DNA of 64,000 nt from Minisyncoccota bacterium (GTDB lineage Bacteria; Patescibacteriota; Minisyncoccia; Phycocordibacterales; UBA918), in the NCBI GenBank assembly GCA_022841645.1, contig JALHRC010000003.1, positions 6,553 to 70,552 of the forward strand, given 5' to 3'. This document shows, in pieces, positions 38,681 through 47,204 of the stretch. Position 1 is the first letter of the stretch. Every line of letters starts with the position of its first letter. Position numbers and translations under genes: made by a program. The notes below the pieces were generated by a model, which searched no databases, had not been told where the DNA came from, and saw nothing but the letters and a program-made list of their open reading frames with translations.

Positions 38681-39478
38681 ATGAGTACACCCATTAGAGG
38701 CGGTTATTCTTTACTACTAGGCGGCACACTTCTTATGCTGTTTCTAGCCGCCTCTGGAAGTTTTTTCCATTTCGAAAACACAGCGCAGCTCTCGTTGTTG
38801 TACAGGGAAGACAAGCTGGGTCTTGCGAGCATATTTTTCTCCCGCGGGAATTATTACTTTGGGAAACAACCAGAGACCTATGACATCGAAAAAGCGGAGT
38901 GGAATTTCAAAACTGCCCTGCGTTTTGAAAATGTCCACAACGCACCCATTCATTATCAGTTAGGACGGGTGGCGTTTATCAAAGGTGACCTGCGTTTAGC
39001 TCTGGTGCACTTTAATGCACAACTCGAGGCCGATCCGACCTTTAACCGCAGCTACTACATGCGCGGCCTCACCTACGGTTATCTTAATAATTTTGCCAAG
39101 GCCGAAGAGGACTTTGCCGCCTACCTCGAGCGGGTCCCCGAGAGCTGGGCCGCGCACAACGACATCGTGTGGGTATATTTCCGTTCCGGACAATTCGCCA
39201 AAGCTGAAGAGTACGCCCGCAAAGGTCTAGCGGTCGCACCCGACAACGCCTGGCTTTCCAATGCCTTAGGAGGAATTTTGGTGAGTACTGGACGATACGA
39301 TGAAGCAGAGCCCTATTTACGTACTGCCCGTGAAGAATTTGAACTCATTGGTCCTGAAGGGTGGGGAAGGGCCTACCCAGGTAATGATCCTGCCATCTAC
39401 GAAATGGGATTTGAGGCCTCTCTAGCATCGGTTGACCACAATCTGTCCCTAGTAGCCAAAGCACAAAGTCGTGAATAA
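38681..39478 (+). CDS. TPR repeat protein with N-terminal TM anchor
   Basis: TPR-like 34-mer periodicity (AEEDFAAYLERVPESWAAHNDIVWVYFRSGQFAKAEEYARKGL). Confidence 0.6.
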   Translation: MSTPIRGGYSLLLGGTLLMLFLAASGSFFHFENTAQLSLLYREDKLGLASIFFSRGNYYFGKQPETYDIEKAEWNFKTALRFENVHNAPIHYQLGRVAFIKGDLRLALVHFNAQLEADPTFNRSYYMRGLTYGYLNNFAKAEEDFAAYLERVPESWAAHNDIVWVYFRSGQFAKAEEYARKGLAVAPDNAWLSNALGGILVSTGRYDEAEPYLRTAREEFELIGPEGWGRAYPGNDPAIYEMGFEASLASVDHNLSLVAKAQSRE

Positions 39479-39519
39479 CTCCCGTTTTGTCATTTTGAGA
39501 GGAGTATTATTACCATAAA

Positions 39520-41652
39520 GTGGACTACACTTTCATGTTCCCGCGCACTCTCTTGAGGCTCTCATACTGGCGTCTACTCGTAGTAGCTGTCGTCATGGCA
39601 ATAATTGCTGTTGCGTGGTGGACAGACGTTTTTGCCATCCAATCGGTGCCAGATAATGCGGCAACTGCTTACGACGCCGAGCTTTCGTTTGCAGCACATT
39701 CACCGCTTGGAAGTGACGGTGGTTCTGTTATCCCCGCGTCGTGTGATTCTGGTGTACTGCACTGGCCTGGCGATCTCGACGCCTGTCCAAGTGGCTGGGT
39801 GACGTATTGTTCAGGTGCGCTTCCTGGTGATCCTAACGGTCAGAACTGGCAGTGGTGGCGCTACTACGACAGTGCCGGGGGAAGAATTCATCGCTTCGTC
39901 AGTGAGGGCTATGGTACGTGCACTCCCGACGCTCCGTCGTCAATCAGCTACGAATGTTCACCTGATGGTCTTACTGCCACTACCACGTGGACCGCTTCCT
40001 ACGCAGCTGAAGCCTACTATCCGCGCATACAAGGCATCACTGTAGCGCAGTGTAGTGCCATGGGGTGGAATTGGTGGACCGATGGTGCAGGCACCAACAT
40101 TTGTTACAAAGATGCTTGGAATGCAACCTCAATGTTTACCTACGTTGGTAGTGGTTTTAATCGAGTGTATGTCCACTCTGGTCCGCCAGTCAATTGGAAC
40201 AAATTTGCTGATACTGGTTGGTTCCAGTGCCCAACAGCAACAGCCCTTCCTGCTCCCACACCCACCTACAGTTGCTCTGGTGATGGTACGCAGGTAACGG
40301 TGAATTGGAATGAGGTAGCTGGTGCGACCGAATACCATCCCCGCCTTTTGGGTATTACAGAAGCGCAGTGCAATGCTATCAGTGGCGGTGTTGGGTGGTT
40401 CTTTGATGCCAGTTCTAATTCCTGTGCATACAACAATCTTCCTGCAAGTTGGGGTACGCCACCGCGACAGCTTACCTTCAATCTTCGCCCCGGGGGGTAT
40501 CAGCACGCTTTTTGGGTACATGCAAGTAGGGATGCGATTCCCGAGACTACTAGTCCAGCTGGATCAACTGGATACTTCTCCTGCCTTCCCGCCCCCACCA
40601 ACCTAAGTGGTTCGTGTAGTGCCGATGGTACCGAAGGAACTATCACCTGGACAGCACCCGCGGGCTACACTACTTTCTACACACGCGCTAGTGCCGTGGC
40701 TCAGGGTAGGAATGACCTCGTTGGTGTACCCAACACAACAGATGATCCGTGGGATGATAATGTGGTTGGCACCTCGAAGTCATTTACTACCGATCCTGGC
40801 GAAACCTACTACGTCTGGATACACACTAAAAATACTACTAATGGAACGTGGAGTGATCCTGCAAGAACGCAGTTCACCTGCCCCGATTCGCTTGCCGGAA
40901 CACCTCCTCCGTCACCGCGGTTAAACTCCGCTATCTGTAGACCTGATCCGAGCGATCCGTCAGTTGGTCTGGTCACGCTTAGTTGGGAACGCGAAGCACG
41001 TGCTACCAGTTACGATGTACGGGCGCGCTGGATCAATCCTTCAACGGAAACCAACCCAGCAGAAGCTTGCCCTAATGGTAAGTACAGTACGCAGGAGCGG
41101 TGGTGTTGGAATTCGGTTGGACAAAGTTTCACTACGGGCTACTCTCAAACCAATGACACAGCGAGTTTCTCTTTCAGTGGCTTGCCGCTTGATAATAATA
41201 AGAATTATACGTGGTGGGTACACTCTAGAAACGCTGCCGGGTCAAGTAACCCTCCATCACACGCGAATAGCAATATAACGTTTACCTGTGCCGTGGGTAC
41301 TCCACCGGAGGCTGGTGACCCGCCAGCGGTCCTTGCCCTCACTGCTACTCCCAGCCTTATTCTTCCCGGACGCACGACTACCCTCAACTATCGCATAGAG
41401 GCACCGTATGACATGGACTGTACGATAACCGGCGGTGACAGCAGTTATCCTGAAATTAACTACCGGCCAACGCCGTCCCTACCAGTAACTGGTGCTGGTA
41501 TTCCGTATCTAGAGGACACTATTTCTTCAGCACCGATAGTTGCCACCACTAACTTTGTACTTAGTTGCGATCCGGTACCTAATATAAACCCGCCTGGTGA
41601 ACGAGAAGCCAGTGTCCGTGTGGAGATCGTACCAACATTTGAAGAACGGTAG
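39520..41652 (+). CDS. secreted/membrane-anchored repeat protein, paralog family member 1 (710 aa)
   Basis: signal anchor; CPSGWVTYCSG...NWQWWRY module; repeated FN3-like segments; shares RWxxxSTxxxPxxxCPNGKYSTQERWC block with 43109-44428. Confidence 0.45.
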   Translation: MDYTFMFPRTLLRLSYWRLLVVAVVMAIIAVAWWTDVFAIQSVPDNAATAYDAELSFAAHSPLGSDGGSVIPASCDSGVLHWPGDLDACPSGWVTYCSGALPGDPNGQNWQWWRYYDSAGGRIHRFVSEGYGTCTPDAPSSISYECSPDGLTATTTWTASYAAEAYYPRIQGITVAQCSAMGWNWWTDGAGTNICYKDAWNATSMFTYVGSGFNRVYVHSGPPVNWNKFADTGWFQCPTATALPAPTPTYSCSGDGTQVTVNWNEVAGATEYHPRLLGITEAQCNAISGGVGWFFDASSNSCAYNNLPASWGTPPRQLTFNLRPGGYQHAFWVHASRDAIPETTSPAGSTGYFSCLPAPTNLSGSCSADGTEGTITWTAPAGYTTFYTRASAVAQGRNDLVGVPNTTDDPWDDNVVGTSKSFTTDPGETYYVWIHTKNTTNGTWSDPARTQFTCPDSLAGTPPPSPRLNSAICRPDPSDPSVGLVTLSWEREARATSYDVRARWINPSTETNPAEACPNGKYSTQERWCWNSVGQSFTTGYSQTNDTASFSFSGLPLDNNKNYTWWVHSRNAAGSSNPPSHANSNITFTCAVGTPPEAGDPPAVLALTATPSLILPGRTTTLNYRIEAPYDMDCTITGGDSSYPEINYRPTPSLPVTGAGIPYLEDTISSAPIVATTNFVLSCDPVPNINPPGEREASVRVEIVPTFEER

Positions 41653-41707
41653 TAAGTGTTGTTTGAGAACCTCGTGCTAACATTGTAGGAGCAGAAAGAT
41701 TTATTCT

Positions 41708-42130
41708 ATGTACCCTTGGCTACAAAAAATACATACAAATGTGGTCAAAAGACCGCTAGCGATGTTATTAATCGCGGTCTGTATTGCACAGCTAGTTTTT
41801 GTTATCGCACCAGCTTTTTCGTTCGTGGAAGAGATTGTGCGTGTAACAACAGCTGCCTCGGCTACCACGGTAGAGGCACAGGATAAGGTGCCGCCACACG
41901 CCGGTATTTTGCGGCGCACCTGGGTGCCTCCCGTATTTGAAGATCGTTGTGAGCAGGCGTGTGGCCACGATGACAATGGTTCTTTTTGCTGGAATGATTG
42001 TGGACCAAAGTATGCTGGTGGTGGGTACTTTACCGAAAGCTGTGACCCCGGCTACTACCTGACCCGCTACTATCTCAATCTAGTCAACGACGCCAACGCT
42101 ATTTGGTGGCAGTGTAATAGCCTTGAATAA
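41708..42130 (+). CDS. small secreted Cys/Trp-motif protein, paralog family member 2
   Basis: 140 aa; N-terminal TM; C-terminal CDPGYYLTRYYLNLVNDANAIWWQCNS. Confidence 0.4.
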   Translation: MYPWLQKIHTNVVKRPLAMLLIAVCIAQLVFVIAPAFSFVEEIVRVTTAASATTVEAQDKVPPHAGILRRTWVPPVFEDRCEQACGHDDNGSFCWNDCGPKYAGGGYFTESCDPGYYLTRYYLNLVNDANAIWWQCNSLE

Positions 42131-42132
42131 GT

Positions 42133-42459
42133 ATGACAAACACATCTCTTACCCTCTACTACGTACGTGATGCCATGGCGTCACTCGCAGTTCTGGTCGT
42201 GGTGGTGCTGGCGACGTTTGTCACCTTGCTGGAAGCGCGGGTGCTGCCAGCGTCGCTGGTGTCGAGCGTCATAGTGACCCAGAGTGCGCAAGCAGCTACC
42301 TGGGAAGCACGTGTCGGGCGGCTTCACTGGAACGGCAATCCCTATCCAGGTGCACAAGTGTGGTGGTGTGATCCCGGTTATTGGCTCACGTCAAATTACC
42401 TCGCCGTAGATAATACCAACAATACCATCTGGTATAACTGTGTCACCGGTGCCTGGTAG
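42133..42459 (+). CDS. small secreted Cys/Trp-motif protein, paralog family member 3
   Basis: 108 aa; C-terminal WCDPGYWLTSNYLAVDNTNNTIWYNCVTGAW parallels member 2. Confidence 0.4.
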   Translation: MTNTSLTLYYVRDAMASLAVLVVVVLATFVTLLEARVLPASLVSSVIVTQSAQAATWEARVGRLHWNGNPYPGAQVWWCDPGYWLTSNYLAVDNTNNTIWYNCVTGAW

Positions 42460-42496
42460 CTTTACTTTCGTCTGTAGTACATCACATCATTGCGCT

Positions 42497-43099
42497 ATGA
42501 ATCCACCACTAACACCACTAACACCGTCCACTACTCCGGTTCCTTCGCCTACCTACGCACGTGTGCGCACCGCAGTGGGTGTGATAGCGGTGCTGTACCT
42601 AGCGGCTCTTCTGGGAGTGTACACTTGGCACGCCTACCGAGGCGCTGTTGCACAGGCACCAGAACTACCGGTATTTGTGACTGATGTGAAGGCTCTCACT
42701 GGTGTCGTGGGAGAGATACGTGATAATGAATTTGTCTTACACCTCGACACATTACCCCCCGACATGCCAGTCGCGCTGGCTGAGCGCACTGTTTTGCTAA
42801 GTGACACAACGACATTTAAAGCTCGGCAACCAAAAGATCCTGCGGTGTTTGCGCAAGAACTTACCACCTACCACCGAGAAAACACCTACTATGGTTTTGG
42901 GCGAGCCACTGATACAGCTGAGACGGCTCGTGAGGTAGCTGACCTACCCCCGCTTCCCCCTGAACCATTTACCTATGAGGAGGTCGGGCGCGAGCAACTT
43001 CAAAGTGGGGCGGTGGTGACGGTACTAGCCCAGGAAAATATCTATGAGGCATCTCGAATTATTCCCACTGAGGTGATGGTGCAGCAACTACCAAATTAG
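42497..43099 (+). CDS. hypothetical membrane-anchored protein
   Basis: ATG at 42497 (MNPPLTPL) then TM; Pro/Thr-rich linker. Confidence 0.35.
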   Translation: MNPPLTPLTPSTTPVPSPTYARVRTAVGVIAVLYLAALLGVYTWHAYRGAVAQAPELPVFVTDVKALTGVVGEIRDNEFVLHLDTLPPDMPVALAERTVLLSDTTTFKARQPKDPAVFAQELTTYHRENTYYGFGRATDTAETAREVADLPPLPPEPFTYEEVGREQLQSGAVVTVLAQENIYEASRIIPTEVMVQQLPN

Positions 43100-43108
43100 T
43101 CACTCGCT

Positions 43109-44428
43109 ATGTTTCGTTCTTTTTTAAGCTCATGGTCACTTACTGCTGGATTGTCGGTGCTGAGTGTCCCCGTAGCGATGGTGGCCTGGTTTGTGGTGGT
43201 GCCACTCCTTCTAGGACAAGCCTTTACACCCACCACAGAGGCTCAGGGTGGGGTATGTTTTCCAAGAACGGCTGTTGCTCCTTATGCTGCTTGGTACGGC
43301 GGCTTCTACTGCGCGCCCGGCTACACACTTGTCTATCACTACTACCAGCCTGGTGGTCGGGAAAATAGCAACTGGTATGAGTGTGTCAGTGAGCAGTGTG
43401 CTAACCCAAAACCACCAGGGCCCGAGGTGGTCTGGACTGAATATTGTACTGGTGAAGGAAACACCAATCCGACCGTCGATTGGCAATGGTGGCGCTATTC
43501 AAATGAGGTGTCACCACGCTACGAGCGGGTGCGTGCCGGTGATGGTACCTGCACCCCGCCCCCTCCGGCCGAAATAGTGTGGACCCAATATTGTACTCGC
43601 GACCTGCAGTCTGACCCTACCCGCAATTGGCAGTGGTGGCGTGTTTCCAACGAAACACCAGCGCGTCATGAATTTGTGCGTGCTGGTGATGGCCTGTGCG
43701 CACCGCCGACGAGCGTTACCCTCAACCCACCCCGTCTCCTCTCAGCGACGTGTGAAGTCGACCCTGCTAACCCTACGACGGGAAGAGTAGAGCTGCGCTG
43801 GGAGGAGGTGTCGGGTGCGACGGGCTATGATCTGCGAGTACGTTGGGACGACGCCTCAACCCGCGACGCCCCAGTTGGTGAACGTTGTCCGAATGGTAAG
43901 TACAGTACGCAGGAGCGCTGGTGCTTTAACAATCAGCCAGGAAATGGTGGGTCATTCGTTCTTACCGGTCTTCCCCTCAGTACGGAAAAGCGCTACGTCT
44001 GGTGGCTACACTCACGCACTGGTAACAACACGAGCGTTCAGACCCATTCGACGTTGGACACCTCGTTTAAGTGCTTACCTGACGACACCATAAATCCAGA
44101 TGATAGTGACCCTCTTCCAGTAGCGCCAGTAGTCACTATGGGTGCTCGTTCGTGGCTGGTCCAAGCGGGTACACCGGCTCAACTCTATTGGAGTGTGGTG
44201 GCCACCTATCCTGTACGTTGTGAGCTGACGGGAGGTACCACACGCCGTACTTTCTCTTATCTAGCAGGTGGTGGCACGGTGTCTGTTGATGCCCCCTTTG
44301 TTACTGATCCGGTTGTTGGCACGACCCGTTTTGGTTTGGTGTGTCAGCCTGATCCGTCTATAGACGGCGTAGCTTCAGGTAATGCGGTAACGGTGATAGA
44401 TGTCACAGCAACGGTTGACCCGTTGTAG
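43109..44428 (+). CDS. secreted repeat protein, paralog family member 4 (439 aa)
   Basis: YCAPGYTLVYHYYQPGGRENSNWYECVSEQC module; duplicated NWQWWR repeats; CPNGKYSTQERWCF block shared with member 1. Confidence 0.45.
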   Translation: MFRSFLSSWSLTAGLSVLSVPVAMVAWFVVVPLLLGQAFTPTTEAQGGVCFPRTAVAPYAAWYGGFYCAPGYTLVYHYYQPGGRENSNWYECVSEQCANPKPPGPEVVWTEYCTGEGNTNPTVDWQWWRYSNEVSPRYERVRAGDGTCTPPPPAEIVWTQYCTRDLQSDPTRNWQWWRVSNETPARHEFVRAGDGLCAPPTSVTLNPPRLLSATCEVDPANPTTGRVELRWEEVSGATGYDLRVRWDDASTRDAPVGERCPNGKYSTQERWCFNNQPGNGGSFVLTGLPLSTEKRYVWWLHSRTGNNTSVQTHSTLDTSFKCLPDDTINPDDSDPLPVAPVVTMGARSWLVQAGTPAQLYWSVVATYPVRCELTGGTTRRTFSYLAGGGTVSVDAPFVTDPVVGTTRFGLVCQPDPSIDGVASGNAVTVIDVTATVDPL

Positions 44429-44433
44429 CAACG

Positions 44434-45162
44434 TTAGATCTGCTTTGTTAGGTGGGCGATAACCGCGGCATGATCGCTGATCCCAAAGCGTAAGGTGACG
44501 TTCTTGGCACTATAGGGTCCCTTGGTAAATAGGTAGTCCACCATGAATGAGTCAAAGAGGAATTTTAGCTCTGGGTTTTTACCGTGGCGGTGGAGCGAGG
44601 CATCAAGGCTGCTTTTATACTGTGCTGGTATAGTGTCGGTGTAGTGCTCCGTGAGGTTTGTGTAGAGGGGATTGTGCTGGCGGGGAATGTTAAAGTCGCC
44701 ACAGAGGATGTGTGGTGGTAGGGGAGCTAGTGTCTCTAAAAGCGCTGCCATGTTCGCCTGCTGTTCGGGACTGGCGATCTCACCTCGTGGCGACCAGGTG
44801 AAATGCGTGGTAGCGATAGTGTAGTCGCCGACGCTCGCGATAATGACTGCCCGCGCCACGGTCCCTGGCACGTTGGTGACATCAATCGGAACAATCGCCT
44901 CGGTGGGGCGGTGGTAGTACTCACTCCGTGCAGAGGAAGGGAGCCGACTGGCAAGTAATATGCCTTCGGTAAAGGCCTCTTGACCACTCTGGCGAATGTC
45001 CATAGGAGCGAAGGTGGTCTGGTATCCAAGTTTACTAAGCGGCACTGCCAATTGCTCGGGGGCCTCCTGAAGGCAGAGAACGTCCGCCCTCTCGGTCTCT
45101 AGAAAGGGAAGTACTTTATCGAGGTGAGTGATGCCTTCAACATTGAGCGAGATGAGTTTCAT
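44434..45162 (-). CDS. endonuclease/exonuclease/phosphatase (EEP) family protein, exonuclease III-like
   Basis: MKLISLNVEG...LCLQE N-terminus and C-terminal SDH motif typical of EEP fold. Confidence 0.7.
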   Translation of the reverse strand: MKLISLNVEGITHLDKVLPFLETERADVLCLQEAPEQLAVPLSKLGYQTTFAPMDIRQSGQEAFTEGILLASRLPSSARSEYYHRPTEAIVPIDVTNVPGTVARAVIIASVGDYTIATTHFTWSPRGEIASPEQQANMAALLETLAPLPPHILCGDFNIPRQHNPLYTNLTEHYTDTIPAQYKSSLDASLHRHGKNPELKFLFDSFMVDYLFTKGPYSAKNVTLRFGISDHAAVIAHLTKQI

Positions 45163-45211
45163 TGGAGCACTGTAGCAAAAAAATACTGGCTAGCCAATTA
45201 TGGAAACGCAA

Positions 45212-45350
45212 GGAAGCGGAGAGATTTGACCCAGAATCGCGGCTCTTTTACTTCGCTACGCTTGTAAAAGTGACTCGCGTTCTCGGTCGACACCTCGCGT
45301 GTTTTACTCTTTGACGTCGCAAAACACAAGCTCCGGTGCTTCAAATCCCT
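45212..45350 (+). repeat. repeat module B1: partial tRNA-Ser 3'-end copy + AGAATCGCGG + covarying hairpin
   Basis: GGAAGCGGAGAGATTTGACCC (45212-45232) repeats tRNA-Ser 3' part; TTCGCTACGCTTGTAAAAG 45252-45270; hairpin GTGTTTTAC...GCAAAACAC 45299-45327; T-loop-like GGTGCTTCAAATCCCT 45335-45350. Confidence 0.6.
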
Positions 45351-45387
45351 ACGTACCGTGCGCAGGCACGGTACTCCGCTTCCGCGA

Positions 45388-45421
45388 ACAAAATATGCGT
45401 CCACAAGGGACGCTATTTTGT
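45388..45421. terminator. terminator hairpin 3' of tRNA-Ser, nested in a 13-bp inverted repeat with the tRNA 3' end
   Basis: ACAAAATATGCGTCC-ACAA-GGGACGCTATTTTGT; outer CTCCGCTTCCGCG (45375-45387) complements CGCGGAAGCGGAG (45426-45438). Confidence 0.6.
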
Positions 45422-45426
45422 ACTCG

Positions 45427-45513
45427 CGGAAGCGGAGGGATTTGAACCCTCGATAGAGTTTCCCCTATGCCGGTTTTCGAAACCGGTACCTTCAACCACT
45501 CAGCCACGCTTCC
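45427..45513 (-). tRNA. tRNA-Ser (anticodon CGA), type II with long variable arm
   Basis: reverse complement: acceptor GGAAGCG/CGCTTCC, discriminator G, anticodon stem CCGGT/ACCGG loop TTCGAAA, T-arm GAGGG-TTCAAAT-CCCTC. Confidence 0.85.
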
Positions 45514-45562
45514 AGTGGGAACGGTGCTATACTAGCACCGTTATTCAGTAAGTTTCAAATGT

Positions 45563-45916
45563 ATGACTACACAAGAAATTGCCGATCGCCTAGTAGTACT
45601 TAATCGTGCTAACGATCATGAGACTGCGTACGCCGAACTGTACTCACCGGATGTTCGTAGCGTTGAGACTTGGAATGGCACGACGACAGCCTACCAAGGT
45701 ATGGCTGGTCTTAAGAAAAAGGCTGAGGAATGGCTTGCTAACGTGGTGGAGATGCATGAGACAAAAGTAAGCGATCCGCTGGTCAGCGACCAGAGTTTTG
45801 CAGTAACATTTTATATGGATGTGACGTATAAAGATCGTGGTCGAGAGGCTATGACCGAACTGGCAGTGTATACGGTTGTGGATGGGAAGATTATCCGCGA
45901 GGAGTTTCAAGCCTAA
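45563..45916 (+). CDS. SnoaL-like/NTF2-fold protein
   Basis: 117 aa; size and alternating hydrophobic pattern of SnoaL_2 proteins; weak. Confidence 0.45.
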   Translation: MTTQEIADRLVVLNRANDHETAYAELYSPDVRSVETWNGTTTAYQGMAGLKKKAEEWLANVVEMHETKVSDPLVSDQSFAVTFYMDVTYKDRGREAMTELAVYTVVDGKIIREEFQA

Positions 45917-45929
45917 CCAGCTGTCGCCT

Positions 45930-46430
45930 ATGCTTAAAATTGGACGCAAAGCCCCGCTGTTTAAACTGGCCGATCAGGATGGAAAACTGCACGCCCTTAA
46001 AGACTACGCTGGGCAGTGGGTGCTGCTTTATTTTTACCCTAAAGACGATACGCCAGGCTGCACCAAAGAAGCCTGCATGATTGCCGAAGTGTACAAGGAT
46101 TTTAAGCGTATGGGCGTGACGGTCATTGGCGTGAGTAAAGACTCCGTAAAGTCACACAAAAAGTTTGCGGAAAAATACTCGCTACCGTTTACGCTTCTGT
46201 CTGATGAATCAACTGAAATGATCCAGAAGTATGGGGCCTGGGGTGAGAAAACTATGCGCGGAAAGAAGTATATGGGCACTTTTCGAGTGTCGTACCTTAT
46301 CGGGCCTGACGGCACGATTGCCAAGGTATATCCGAGTGTTGATCCAGCCAACCATGCTCTAGAGCTTCTTGCTGACATCAAGGCTATCCACAAAGAGGAA
46401 AAGAAGGCGGCCAAGGCCGCTACTGTGTAG
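45930..46430 (+). CDS. bcp: peroxiredoxin Bcp (PrxQ)
   Basis: FYPKDDTPGCTKEAC peroxidatic Cys motif; ATG 45930 (ORF-track start 45876 overlaps upstream gene). Confidence 0.85.
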   Translation: MLKIGRKAPLFKLADQDGKLHALKDYAGQWVLLYFYPKDDTPGCTKEACMIAEVYKDFKRMGVTVIGVSKDSVKSHKKFAEKYSLPFTLLSDESTEMIQKYGAWGEKTMRGKKYMGTFRVSYLIGPDGTIAKVYPSVDPANHALELLADIKAIHKEEKKAAKAATV

Positions 46431-46444
46431 CAGTGAAGCACAAG

Positions 46445-46482
46445 CACGTACTACATTAAATACGTATTTAATGTAGTACGTG
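46445..46482. repeat. perfect 38-bp palindrome
   Basis: CACGTACTACATTAAATAC|GTATTTAATGTAGTACGTG, no mismatches. Confidence 0.9.
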
Positions 46483-46491
46483 AAAAACGAA

Positions 46492-46523
46492 GAAGGGCCG
46501 GCGCGCTTGCGCGCCGGCCCTTC
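46492..46523. terminator. GC-rich bidirectional terminator between convergent bcp and DUF305 genes
   Basis: GAAGGGCCGGCGCGC-TTG-CGCGCCGGCCCTTC. Confidence 0.65.
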
Positions 46524-46527
46524 ACGT

Positions 46528-47154
46528 CTAGAAGTCAGCCAGCAGCCGCTGCATCGTAGCAATTTCTTCTGATTGGGTGCGTACAATATTCTCAGTCAGG
46601 GTGCGCATTTCTGCGTGTTCGATCGAGCGCTCGACACTACGTGCCATCATAATAGCGCCCATATGGTGGTGAATCATGTCCTCCAGAAACACCTTATCGA
46701 GTTCAGTTCCAGAGAGGGCAGTGAGATCACGCATCATTGGACGATAGGTACCAGTTGCGATATACGGACTACCGTACCACGCTGCATACCAAGTCTTCAT
46801 GTCAGCGATTTCTTTTTCTTGCGCGGTGATGATGGCTTCGGCCAATGCCCGTACTTCAGGGGTTGTGCCGCCTCGTGCCAGCACTTCTTTCGCTGTCATG
46901 ACTGCTTCCTCGTGATGAGGGATCATATGTTCGATAAACTCGCGTTCGCTCCCCACCATCATGTCTGCATGCATACCATGCTCATTCATGTTACTACCGT
47001 CACGCATGGTGTTACCTGCTGGTATTTCTCTCTTATGGTCGTAGCTGCGATTATCCCACCGCTTACCGTCCTTACCTACGTGCGCTACTGTAAACCCTCC
47101 AATGCCGCCAACTATCAACGCCAATAAAACTCCTAGCACAAGTGTGTTATTCAT
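46528..47154 (-). CDS. DUF305 family protein (predicted lipoprotein/periplasmic)
   Basis: two HH-containing repeats (MIPHHEEAVMTAKEV; MIHHHMGAIMMARSV) characteristic of DUF305. Confidence 0.65.
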   Translation of the reverse strand: MNNTLVLGVLLALIVGGIGGFTVAHVGKDGKRWDNRSYDHKREIPAGNTMRDGSNMNEHGMHADMMVGSEREFIEHMIPHHEEAVMTAKEVLARGGTTPEVRALAEAIITAQEKEIADMKTWYAAWYGSPYIATGTYRPMMRDLTALSGTELDKVFLEDMIHHHMGAIMMARSVERSIEHAEMRTLTENIVRTQSEEIATMQRLLADF

Positions 47155-47204
47155 ATGCCAGTTATTACGCTAGTTCACGGTATTTATTTCTGCGCTAGAA
47201 TAGA

